Below are positions 1 through 12,300 of a DNA stretch of 64,000 nucleotides, piece after piece. The notes beneath the pieces were generated by a model that saw only the letters and a program-made list of their open reading frames with translations, made no database searches and was not told the origin of the DNA. The position numbers were made by a program, and so were the translations under genes. The stretch spans positions 62,001-126,000 of the forward strand of contig JAQGDQ010000087.1 of assembly GCA_030141605.1 (NCBI GenBank). The letters are read 5' to 3'. The stretch's first letter is position 1. Each line of letters starts with the position of its first letter. This stretch comes from Tubiluchus corallicola (taxonomy: Eukaryota; Animalia; Priapulida).

Positions 1-2319
1 TTGATCACCACTATAAATAATTTTTGCACTGGACGGATGCTGAAAGCACAGCCACATGCTAGGGTCTCAATTTGATGAAGTTAACATTACCACAAAGAAG
101 AGGATGATGGATTAGGCATATGCCTAAACTCCCTGATCCTGATGATAGTCCAGTGAAAGTAGTACTTTGACACGCAAGTATTAAAAATATACAAAAAACC
201 AACAGGAGAGCACATGTTAACATTAATAGATTTTGCACAATTATTTGCACCATTACTTCCTTAATAGTTCTTAGATGAAGAGGTGCTTGGATTATTGCAG
301 AAATTTGTAAGTCCTAGCACAAGAAACTAATGACGAGCCATTAAATAAAATTTAATACCAAATACCAGTATCTGTTAAAAGTAACAATACTAAATAAATA
401 CTAGCACTAAAGACACGGACACACACAGCAAATAAATTCAAATAGAAGCACACAGCAAATAAACCCAACTTCAAATGCATTTATTGCTATCTCTCAGTGC
501 TGCACATAATACCTCAATCATGAACTGTACCTCTGTTGAAAGTTAAGACAATGTATATTGCTGTTGGTTAATAAACTGTACGTTCACTGTGCTAATTCAA
601 TTTTTTGAAGACCAAAACTGCTTCTTAAACTTTCACTGCTTTAATTTCTTTGGAATATAAATAACAAAGTTCTTTTACCGCTGCACTGAAACTTTTTAGA
701 AAAGATCACCACTCTGAAAATGTTTTTAGCTGCAGCCTCAATATGTCTCCCCATCTCCTTGTGTTCATGTCTACTTAAAATAAGGAAAATTTTGCAAAGA
801 GCAACTAGTGAATTTGACGTATTCATCTTATGAGCTTTATTTTCTTTTGTGTTGTAATCCTGCGAGATTAAATATTATAATTCATTTCACAACATTCATA
901 GTGATGTATTTCAGAAGTATAATGGTTTTTATGGCCTCTAAAAACATACTTCCAGCTATAGGCATGACACACTGGACAGTTCCATGACCATAGGGATCCT
1001 ATGTTAATCTATATTGAGAGCTTCTGTGAATGAATAAATATGGTTCAATGCTAAACAACATCTACAAATATTTTTTATGAAAACGACACCCTGCAGAACA
1101 GTGACTTCAAGCCAAAACGTAAGTGTTGAAGACTTGATTAGTAATAAATAGTTTGCAATAATTTCATACTGTATCCGTCTCCATCAGCATGGTTTACCAA
1201 TTAAGTATCGTTTACGCGTTGAAATTTTCGTTTTTTCAATATTATGTTATACTGTTCAAACGTTTGCGTGATTTTTTTGGGAGTAGCAATACAATAATGA
1301 TATTTTATTTTATCAAACATTTACATTTTTATTCCTGGAGAAAGTGCCTTATAGCACACTTCTTAGTGTTTGAAGTGCTTTAAAACTAGTCATTTGTATA
1401 AGATAGAGTTGTTTTCCTAACATCATTTGATGAAACAGATTTTAAAGACGATTGGAGACTATTTTAGTCTTAAAATGTTAAATTATTTGATCAAAATTGG
1501 GCTCTTTGGGAACATTGTTCCTATCACTCACATCACATATTCTCAAAGCACCATGTGCCCTTTGTTATGAGGTAATGTAGTTCCTATGAATCATCCTGCA
1601 ATAGGTAGAATTTAACAGCAATGTAATAATGTAAACTTGTGACATTCTGTGATTATCAGCTATTATACGTGTTATATCTATTAAAGCAATTTTTGATGTG
1701 CACAATTCAGTTAGAATTGAACAGAACATGGTATACTTAACTTAAGAATAACATTGTATAAAATATTTTTTAACGTTCTTAGCCTTTGAATGCAAAATAC
1801 TAGCCCAAAAGTTAATCATACGTTGATCTAGGAGAGCCTGAGTTAATGGATATCTCCCTAATTCTCCATCTGGTAGTATAACTGTTGACATTCATAGTCA
1901 ACCAACAAGAATTATCGTGTAATTTTTCAATTAAATCATGTTTTTCAAAACTCCATATTTCACCTGTGCAGTAAAACTGAGCTACATCGTGCGATCAAAT
2001 AGGTGAATGTCTATAAACAAATATGAATGTATAATATTCCTTACACAGCTGTTTGAGCTTGATTAAACACAATTTAATGTTTTTCCACAACGTAAATTTC
2101 CCCTTATAATTTAAAACGACACTCATCATGTATCTAGGTTTACTAACAACTTTAAATTGGCAGTTGTTATAATAAAACTGAGGATCATACCTAATTTCGC
2201 CTTTTGAAAAACAATTATTGCAGTTTTATCTACATCTACAATAAACATAAAAAAGACCCTACTAGACCATTTTCTACAAATGTTATTACTTTTGCGCTGC
2301 AAAATTTTATTTTGGCGAG

Positions 2320-2399
2320 CTCTGATTGGACAAATGGTTTGTGACGTACGATGCCTTGTAGCAGCGTAGAATTTCCATTAAAGATGGCTACTTGATGAA
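2320..2399 (+). promoter_or_regulatory. Putative PHRF1 core promoter and short non-coding first exon
   Basis: Reverse CCAAT (ATTGG 2325-2329), CRE/ATF-like TGTGACGTAC 2340-2349, YY1-like AAGATGGC 2381-2388, candidate donor GAA|GTAATG at 2399/2400; T-rich intron-like sequence follows. Confidence 0.55.
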
Positions 2400-2699
2400 G
2401 TAATGTTGTTATTTTCAATACTAGTAGTTTGCTTTCAGCAAATTATTTTTCAGTCGATATCTTTTCTGCCTACATTTTTTTGTATTGATTTTCTGTAATG
2501 TCAACTATTTTATGTCTGCATTGTTGTATTTCATTAAATTAAGTGAATTTTTGTCGGCATTTTTGACAGTGATTGGGAACTCATTTTTCAATATTTTGTT
2601 TTAATAACTAATCCTGCCTTTTTTACAGCATTTTATATAACTATAATCACTTTGTTAATTGTGTAGTTATCGTCAAAAGTTTGCAGAAAGGTTTCTTCG

Positions 2700-3075
2700 T
2701 TGGTTGTTTTGTCATCCCAGTGTGCTATTGTCAAGATTCCTCTTGAAAGAATTCAGAGTAGTTGTACTCGTCTTGCTATTGACTTGGATTCCTCTTCGGT
2801 TTCTACTCTTGAGCAAACGCGTGAGACTCTACACCTTGTGAACTGCTTCAAAATAATTAGTGGTAACACTATTCTGACAAAGACAGACTTTCCCGGCCTC
2901 ATAGAAATCTTCATGGCCTTGAGTCTAAGTTACTTGTGCACACCCAGCTAGAACCAACATGAGATCTCATTTTTTGGGCATCATGTAGTTCAGACATGAA
3001 ATCGTTTTCAGCCATGAAATCAGCCATCAGCGCTTCATCAGTTGACAGTTTCAAAAGGCATTTGAGAGAGGACTG
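2700..3075 (+). mobile_element. Degenerate CR1/L2-type LINE ORF2 3' fragment in PHRF1 intron 1
   Basis: Broken-frame translation LERIQ..CTRL, LEQ.R..L..CFKII.G, ARTNMRSHF..H.VVQT, AISASSVDSFKRHL matches the CR1 RT C-terminal pattern. Confidence 0.7.
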
Positions 3076-3255
3076 TTTACCGATAGTTACCATATGTCCT
3101 TATGATAGATTTAAAAAACTGACCAGACACCAAACTTCTCCATAGAGCTTAAAGCTCACTGCTTGCAAGTTTTATTTGTTTTTTTCAGGTGTCTCAAGAA
3201 CCTGGCTGTCATGATTTAGTTAGTTCTCAGAAACAAACATACTGAATCGTCAATC

Positions 3256-3373
3256 ATGAATAGATCTGTGGGTGCTTTTCTGGGACATTTCCTAAGAAGG
3301 CCCAGTGGGGAGCAAGAGGAAGAAGATAAAGATGTGGCCAATAAAAGCGGGGATGAGGAGGAAGAGTCAGATG
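3256..3373 (+). CDS. PHRF1: PHRF1 coding exon 1 (exon begins 3189; [10 protein letters not shown]...EEEESD)
   Basis: Acceptor TTTTTCAG|3189, AATCATG start, donor G|GTATAT phase 1 joins next exon in frame. Confidence 0.75.
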
Positions 3374-6300
3374 GTATATGAGAAATTTATTAGTATTTGA
3401 TTTGTTTTATTACTAATAGTATTAGTTCTGTGTGTGGACTATGTACCTAAAGCTTCTAATAGAACATTATGCTCATTCTGCTATTGTCACAGTGGTCTGA
3501 GCATACAAAAATCCTATCCAAACTCGATATTTATAATAATTATTATATTGGCCAACAGCTCGGATTCATTATATGTAACTTAACCATTATTCTAATCTTG
3601 ATGTCTCGTTAGACAAAAATAAGAGTTATTGACGTCGCTCATTTTAGCAAACATTATCCAGACAGCAGTAACACTAATGACTATTTTTGGGCTTACTCTT
3701 ACAATAATATATGTTATGTTCTGTCTTGATGTAAAAATGTGACAGTGCGTCATGCTGTCAAAATGATGATACTGCATTTAAATTTAAATGTGTGCTGTGC
3801 TGTTATGAATTGCTGTTGCACAGTTTGTCGAATTTCTGTTTTAATAGCTTGTACTTAAGTGCAGCAAATTCTACGGTACGTATAAGCTGCTAAAATCATA
3901 GTAAATATTCTCAGAACTTTGTAAATCATATCGCGGCCTATGTTAGTTCTTTGAAATTAGACGTCTCTTATGAATATTTAAAAAAACAATAAAAACTTGA
4001 AGGAAGAAGTATACTTTGTGCCAGTCAAATGACGTTCTCAGTATTTAAGTTGGTTAATTAGACTGGCTAAAGGAAATCTGTGGTCATAATGTGTCACCAT
4101 ACATTTATTATTGCCCAGGATCGTATTCAGCTTTCAGCATTTACAGTAATGAGACATCACCAACCTCAAATTCGGGATGCTTGATTTTAGGTTATTTATT
4201 TGCTCACGAATTTTGTTTACTAACCTCATAAAATATGTACAGTTATTATAGGCAGTAAGTGGTTCAGATTTTCAGCATCCCTGCTTTCTACACACATACA
4301 ACGAGGTTCATAACCTTTTACTACGGGATTAGAAAAACAATGAGAAATAGTACTGAACCATTTTTATTATATCAAAGTATGGCTTCAAAATTTGTTTTGG
4401 AAGCCTCGTATGTCCTACGCAGATTGCATCTTTGTGGGACATGGCTGGAGCCAGTGATTCGAAGAACTTAAGAACCTCCAACACATTTTGTAGATGTCTC
4501 ACAAGCTTGTCTGCTGGATACTGATCAATGACATGTTTCATTTATCATCTTGGTGCCTATACTTTATCTTTCATGCTAGTTCCAGTGTGTTTGCTGGGGT
4601 TGAGGTGTAGTGAACTCTCAAGCCATTCCGAAAAAATTTATCCTAGAGTTTTCAGGGCACTACTGCCATCATACTCTCAAGACTGCAAGGAAGCTGTAAA
4701 AGATGTGTGAAGCTTTCACAGTAAACCTTGAGAGCTTAGTAGATTCTGTATTGCTTCAGCAGTGCTTTGATGTAAAAAATTTTCTGCACTCTTACTCTTT
4801 GATTCTGTACTGCCTAGCAAAAAGTTATGTATCACTCTATATGTAATAAAACACATTAACAAACATTATAGCAGCGATTACGGTTATTGCTTGGCCTAAA
4901 ATCCCTAAATAGTTTATAGCACATATACAACTCATTAATTTCTTTTGATAGCTGTGTCTCTAATATGGAAATGGAAAATTTATATATCATGAAATGAGAA
5001 ACTACTAAATTAATTTTAAATTTTAACTTTATTAATAATTAATAGTTCTGAGTTTGGACATTACAGACTTGTGTAAATGAATCATGTGCACTCTAATTAT
5101 GAATTTAGCTGCTTGCTTGCACACAAAGCGTCTCAACAATGAGGGATCTTGTCTTTTCATGCTAACAGGTCTGCGCGTACTTGTGTTTCATTGTAAGAAA
5201 TAAGACCGTGTTTTAAGCCTAGCTGATGATTTCACTGTAGTCTCATGCACCATTCGCTCACAATGAATTCATCGCACCATAGTTGAGTGGGTCAAAAAGA
5301 TATCCGACTTGCAGCTTGCAGTTGTGTTAATACTTGTAGAGTTTTTCGTACAAGTTCCTGTTTTTACAAAACTTCCTTTCCTTGGCATGTGTGTAATTAC
5401 AAGCTCCCAATGCTGTTGTTGCGTTTCAATTTTTGCCTAATTGCTTCACATTTATTGTGCAAATATTTCCCCTTTACTGATTAGGAACTCCGATTTCAAT
5501 CATGAGCCAGATCATGCTAATTTGGCCCAGTCACTTATCATGATCGGGATCGGGCTATGCACGATTACGTCTTTAAAATGTCTTTACGTTTAGTTTTCTC
5601 CATTATACGTGTAATATTCTAATTTTGCAGAGTGGGATTTAGTGCATTTTGTCTTTTTTCGCAGATTGGGATTCTGATGAGGACGAAGAAAGTGAAGGTG
5701 GCGATGATGAAGATGACGACGATGATGATGGGGATGATGACGAGGCAGATATACAGAAGCCAAAGAGATCAGCTCGGCAGCAAGTTGAATCGGGTGACGA
5801 TGACAGTGACTCTAGTCATGAAATTGATGCTGAACGATGCCCTGTTTGTCTGAAACGTATTACTAGCCAACAGCTTGGCAGTCCTGAGTCCTGTGACCAT
5901 ACGTTTTGCTTGCTATGCATTGAGGAATGGGCTAAAGTAAGAGTTTTGCAATTTTGTTGCTAGTAACCCCAGAAAATCAAGTAGAAACTCTATTTTTTAC
6001 GGTAAATTTGGAGAAGTTTTATAAATTTGTTACATATGAGGCCCAAAAATATAATCATCTGACTGACTAAACGAGGTTAATTGAAATGATTTGTAATTTC
6101 ACATGTTTCAAGCTGAATTAATTGCTACATGATAGATTACAGCAGCCTTTTAGTTAACGCGATTTGATTATTTTGACATCTGTGATTAATTTGGAATTAC
6201 GATTGTGCAGATAATTCATTAAAGTGCATTACTGAATTTAATGCAAGAACTTACTTTACCTTCAGTTTTATTTAGCAAAAACTAAATTGTCATATTGCCT

Positions 6301-9300
6301 AACCAGGTAACGTACGTTAGTGTTTCTTCTGTTTTAAGAACAATTTTAAAAAAGAGTAAGGCGTTGATTTGTAGAAACTTTCAGTGAAAAAATGCTTCTT
6401 CAAAAATTCATTACTGCAAATGATAACTTTACGTTGAATTTCAAATATTTCAGTAGTAACTTTAAATACTGCATAATGGTATATGGTGCAAAACCTGGCT
6501 GTTCTTTCAGTAAGATAGATTTTCTGCTTGTAAATTTGGAAATTGTTTATTCATATTAGTGTATTGCATATAAAATATTCACGTTGTCACCAGACAGGCA
6601 AGAAAACAAAATGTAAGCAATGTTTTTCAATGCTACAATGTTTCACTTACTTCGGAAAGTGTTTTTTTACATTAATATTTTATAAACTTATCATTTTTCA
6701 ATTTCAGAATGTAAACACATGTCCAGTTGATCGGAGTGTGTTTCACATGATATTCATCAGAAAGACATTGGGTGGACCGATATGTGGAAAAGTAAGAGAA
6801 ATAGTACTAAATTAGAACTCGGTGAACTACGTATTATGAACGTGGATTCTGTTTTCTAAATCTCTTGTATTTTTAATACATCTGGATGCTGATATAAGAA
6901 TTACCATCGACTTCTATAAAGCAACTTGCTTTGTGCTGTAAAAGTTTTGACTGACCTTATTTTTGTGCCAGTTTAACAAGAGTTAAAAATTAATTTATAT
7001 TAAAATTTTGTGAAATGTACAATATAGTGTTAGAACATGGTGTTTTGTATAAATTCATATTATCAGTGTCGCGTTTACAGACAAATAAAATGCTAAGAAA
7101 TTTTACCAAGGAATGATGGCATTTCCTGGACAGTTCTTGAGTGGTTAATAAGTTTTCTAATAGACAATTCATTGCAGAATGTGTCAGTTTGTACAGTTTA
7201 TTGTCCTTGTATACATATTTGAAAACTTTTCAGATTCAAGTTGAAGACAAACACAACATTGACGTGGCTGCAGCTGAAGAAGAGCCGACTTGGTGTGAGA
7301 TATGTGCAGAGTGTGATCGAGAAGATCAGATGCTTCTCTGTGACGGATGTGATCTAGGGTGATTTGTTTTCCTCCTATGATGTTTATTTCAAGTTCAGTT
7401 TTTGCATCTATTTGTATAGACATCGTATTTCATTGAAAAACTGTCAGTCTTTTTTCATTTTCTTTGTGTTTCTTTTCTTAATTCCTTTTTTTACTTTTGG
7501 TCTTTCACCCTTTTATTTCACTTTACATATTTATTTTCAGATATCACCTCGATTGTTTAACACCCGCTTTGAAAGATGTTCCAACTGGGGAATGGTTTTG
7601 CCCGGATTGCATAGAAGCCGGTCAAATACGTAAGTTTGAATCTTTCTCGTACGTCATTTTAGACTGCTGGTTGTTCATTGCTGTTACTTGTACATATTGT
7701 GTGAACAATAGTACTATGTTGAACTAATTTTCCTCTAGCAGCTGCTGAACTCCATACCGATACTCAGTCAAGTCCTCAGATACCAGGCCTCAGTGGACAA
7801 GGTGCAGCAAACATCAGTTCTAAGACTAGCATACGATCCGTCCCTCGAACACGATTTAGTGAACGCATTAGGTATGTATCATAAGTAAAACTAATTTGAA
7901 ATTGTGAGAAGTTGGTCAGGCATTTAATTGCTGAGTAATCGTGTTACCCTGTTTTTTATTTAAAATTAAGTTTCCTTGGGATTTGCTTTTTTGTTGCTCG
8001 TGGCGTAATCTAGTGAAAATTTCTGCAGGGAACGAATTCTTGAGCGACAACTCCTTGAAGAAAGCCCTAGTGAAGGGGAAGAGGAAGAAGAAGAAGCAGC
8101 AGCAGAAGAAGAAAAAAATGACATAGTTTCTCAGGTGAAGAGATTTTCTGAGCGTAATTCTAGAAAGATTGTTGCTGTGCATTTAATTAAAATACGATAA
8201 AGCAGTTCAAAATAATGCATTTTTAAACTTTTTTCTGAAGATTTAGATTTTACCAAATATTGTGCCATTTAGTCTTAAAGTGAAGATTCCATAATGCTGC
8301 TATACATTAGCAGAACTTTAGTTAATTTATAAGTCCCATATGCTTGATCACTGAGCATTCTATAGTAGGAAACGAGCAGTAATTGTCAAATAACTAAATT
8401 TCTTGTTTTTACTATATCATCCATTCCAGCTGACCTGTATTTACTATTATTATTATTATTTATGCGTAACTGTAGCTCAACTGGTAAGCAAAAATTAAGT
8501 ACAATAATTTAAATCTCACAAAGTAGTCTCTGTACAAAGGCGATAGTGTACCATATTATACAGTACTATAACATAAGTATACACATTAGCGTTAAACTTT
8601 ACGTACCTATGACAATAACGATTGACAGCAAGTACAAAATTATGAGTAACATTATGAGTTTTGGTAGAGATGGCTGTGAAGGCGAGTTTTAAATGTTATG
8701 GGCATTTACAACTTCAAATGGCAAAGAGTTTCATACATTTTATTACTCGACTATACAACTGAGTTAATCTAAGTGGAACGTTTTTTGGAGCTATTGCATT
8801 TACCTATCACTAGCCATTTGTTTTCTTTCTTTGTGCAACGTGATTTCAGTCACCTTTATATAGGAACACTGATCCCAACTAGACAACGTATTGGTAGAAA
8901 TGTGCCAAATATTTGCTCTTCGGGATTAGGAAAAGCTTTAAATGAAATGTACTTGTAGCCTTCATTATACACTGAATACTGCACAGCCTTCAGCTGATCA
9001 ATGGCCGCTGTGCACTATATATATTCATGATAATCTTCTGTTACGTGTTTTTATGTTTGTTTTTTGTAAATATTTCTTTTTATTTAGTTAATCGTTGCGG
9101 AAGTTGATTACAGAAAGCCGTGTTAGGCACATTGCATTTTGTGTGACTTGTGCAATACTTTATGTATGTATTATCAAATTTTTTTGCCTCCAGGGTGCGG
9201 GCTCCACATCCGCAAAACCAAAACAGAAGAGGAAAACAACTCCTAGAAAAAGGAAAACAGGGACTCGAAAAAGGAAATCAACATCAAAGCGAAAACGTGC

Positions 9301-12300
9301 TGGTGGACGGAAGAGGAAAGGCAGAAGGCGGCAAAGAAAAGGAAAGACTCGAAAAAGAAAATCTGGCAAAAAAATTGTAAGTAAATACTGAGAATAAAAT
9401 AAATGTAAAGCAATGCATATACATGGAAAATTGTTGAATTATTAATACAGTAGGTGCCGCTTAATAGACTCACTTTGGAACCGTAATTTTTTGACCCAAT
9501 TGACCGACTGAACCTATTAACCAATGGGTGTAGTATTACTGGCATAGAAGTATGAGTCACCAGCTTACTATGCATTGCAAAGGTTTTTAATGAATTTTAG
9601 AAACAAAGTAATGCCTAAATTCCTTTGTGCAGTTAAAAATAAAAAAAATGTATTTGAAAATATGAATTTATATAAGTGAATTAGCAATAAATTAAAAAGC
9701 ATGATTTTCTAAATCACACAAATCTGTTTATTTGCAAAAGTTACAAGAATTCCTTCAAAGTCGACCACTTCATTTTATCGCGAAGAAGTTGGCTCACAAC
9801 GTTTTCATAATGATAAAAACGATGAACATCTATTGTTGTATGATGCACAAATTCACGTAAAATACTTAATGCTTATCGTGCTTAAACTGTTGATGGGTCA
9901 TGTGTTTCCCCGCAAGTAACTTCATCTGTAATTTCACCTAAGCTCACTCTTGCTGTTGCGATGCACTTACTGCACTGTACTTGCGTCCCTGGCGTAGCAG
10001 CAACATCTAACTGATTAAACTTTCTGGCAAAGACAGCCAGAACTTCAAAAGCAAACCAATAAGCAAGTGATTAATTGTTTAGCTTCCAGGAATTCTTGAG
10101 TAACGAGGTTAATTGCAGTGGACCGGCGGGTCAAAGGAAATCATTAGGCTAGCATATTAGCGTATGATAAACGTTCCTGCTTACAAACAAAACAGTACTT
10201 AACATGATTGTTTCTAAGTATATTATACGACAAAAGCCAACTAAGATGATATAAAAGTCATAAAAACTTATTACTCACGAAAGTGTCTTATTGAAGCATG
10301 TGAAGCAAAAATATTGAGTCACTTTAGCGGAATTATTTGAGTCAATTATCGACAGTTTTTATGTACATTAGAATAGAAGTGCCCCATACTATGCGTTTTT
10401 GTGTCAATTAAGCGATTGAGTCTATTAACCATGAGTCTATAAAGCGGCACCTACTGTATATCTATAAAAATATATGCAAAGAAATTTACAACATACAATG
10501 AAATTAAGATCTTGCGTAAATTGCTTTTAAACGTGTGCTTAAAGGTAGTTACAATAATGTACGTAACTACTCGTGATACCGCCTACACCAAAGAATATAG
10601 CAGATTATTGTAAATTATTATATATAAGGTTCTTAGTATGTACACAGCATAGTATGAAACTGACAAAAATTCATTTTTAACAAAAAGTATGTAGAAATTT
10701 TAAATCTAGCTCTTATATTTTAATACGGGGCTTCCCAACTTACGAAGCAGTTACGTTCTGGAAGGTGGTTCGTATATTAAATTTTTCGTAAGTGGTTGTT
10801 CTCCGAAAACACAGAACACTGAGAAATGTAACTAACAGCTAACACTAACCACGTCGAACCACTAATAAGCATTTTACCAAACTGCCTCTGTGGGACGTTG
10901 TGTGATGCTGCCCGGCGTGGGTTGCGGCAAAACGTTGTATTACACACAATGCGCAACTCAAAATTCAAACTTGCGGAAGTATAGCTCACATTTGATTTTA
11001 ACTTACACCGCAGTCTGTCCATATGTCTGAATGTTCTGAATGTCTGAATAAGTAGGGTAATGTCTGTACTATACTTAAACAATAGAAACTATGTGATTTT
11101 AAAATTTTTAATTTTAATTGTTTGTTTATGTAGATCGATAGAGATCGTCTTCGGCAGCTTCGAGACACGGTAAAAAAGCGCATTGCTAACAAACTCGGCT
11201 TATCTAAGCCACCACCAGGGCGGAGCATACCACTTGTGAAGAAACAAGCAACTCGCAGTCTTGAAAACCAGCGTATAGATATTGGCGTAACGTCGCTAAA
11301 TATTTTGGGACATAGTCTGTACACAGAGTTTTCAGAAGACAGGTAATGAATCAAATGGTTAGCAAAATATATTTTTAAAATGATTTTTTGGTGTTGTTGA
11401 GCATATCAGACCGTGAAAGTGCACAAATTTGATCATAATCAAGATTTGAACTTGTATGTTTTGTGAGCATAGTGAGATTATGATTAGGCTATGATGAGAC
11501 TATAAGTATAGTACTTCAACTTAAATGTTTTGTGAGTATAATGAGACGGGTTTTTTTTATGATAAGCCTTTTCAAGCAATTTACCAGTCAACAATGATTT
11601 GTTTACCATGTGCATTTAAAATCAGCTTATTTACAGTCGGATTTAGTTATAAAATCCTTATTGTATTTATACTTCTCAAATATTCTGGCAACTAACAGTA
11701 TCATTAATTAGATTATGACTGTGATTGCCAGCATTTGTTTTAACAATTATTACCCATGCCTTATCATATTGTTAAAATTTTGTGTTTTTTCAGTAATGAA
11801 GAAAAGGCTATTAATAAATCTTCTCCTAAACAACAGTAAGTAGCACATTGCAGCTATTTTGTCTTTTTTTATCAGTAAATAGTGTTGACAAAACAAATGT
11901 GCCAAGTAAAACGGTATGTGTAAATAAATGGTTATGAGAATAGAATAGAATAGTCATTTCTGTCAACTCAGCTGAAGAGTACGAGAACTTATCTGAGATG
12001 AAACTGAGTACTTATACATATATACATTAAAATCTCAGTTTGCTGGTCGTCATTTTTTACGGATTTCGGACAAAATCTGGACTGTTAAAAGACCCGCGTG
12101 CTATTGGAACAGTCTGTTGTTTCACGAGCTAACCGCTAGTTAGCAAGCCGTCACTTTGCTTACATTATCAAATCAGTGTAACCACGTGTATATCTGTACG
12201 TATAAAAATATAGAATCAATTATGTGGAGCTATTTGAGTCAATATACCAAGTGTATATCTGTATATATAAAAATATAGAATCTATTATGTGGAATTATTT

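Noticed and set aside
1-2300. miR-210 next to PHRF1 as in human synteny
   Set aside because: The mature miR-210 sequence was not found by eye on either strand
5631-5664. Alternative PHRF1 acceptor at 5630
   Set aside because: 34 nt upstream of the used site and would shift the frame
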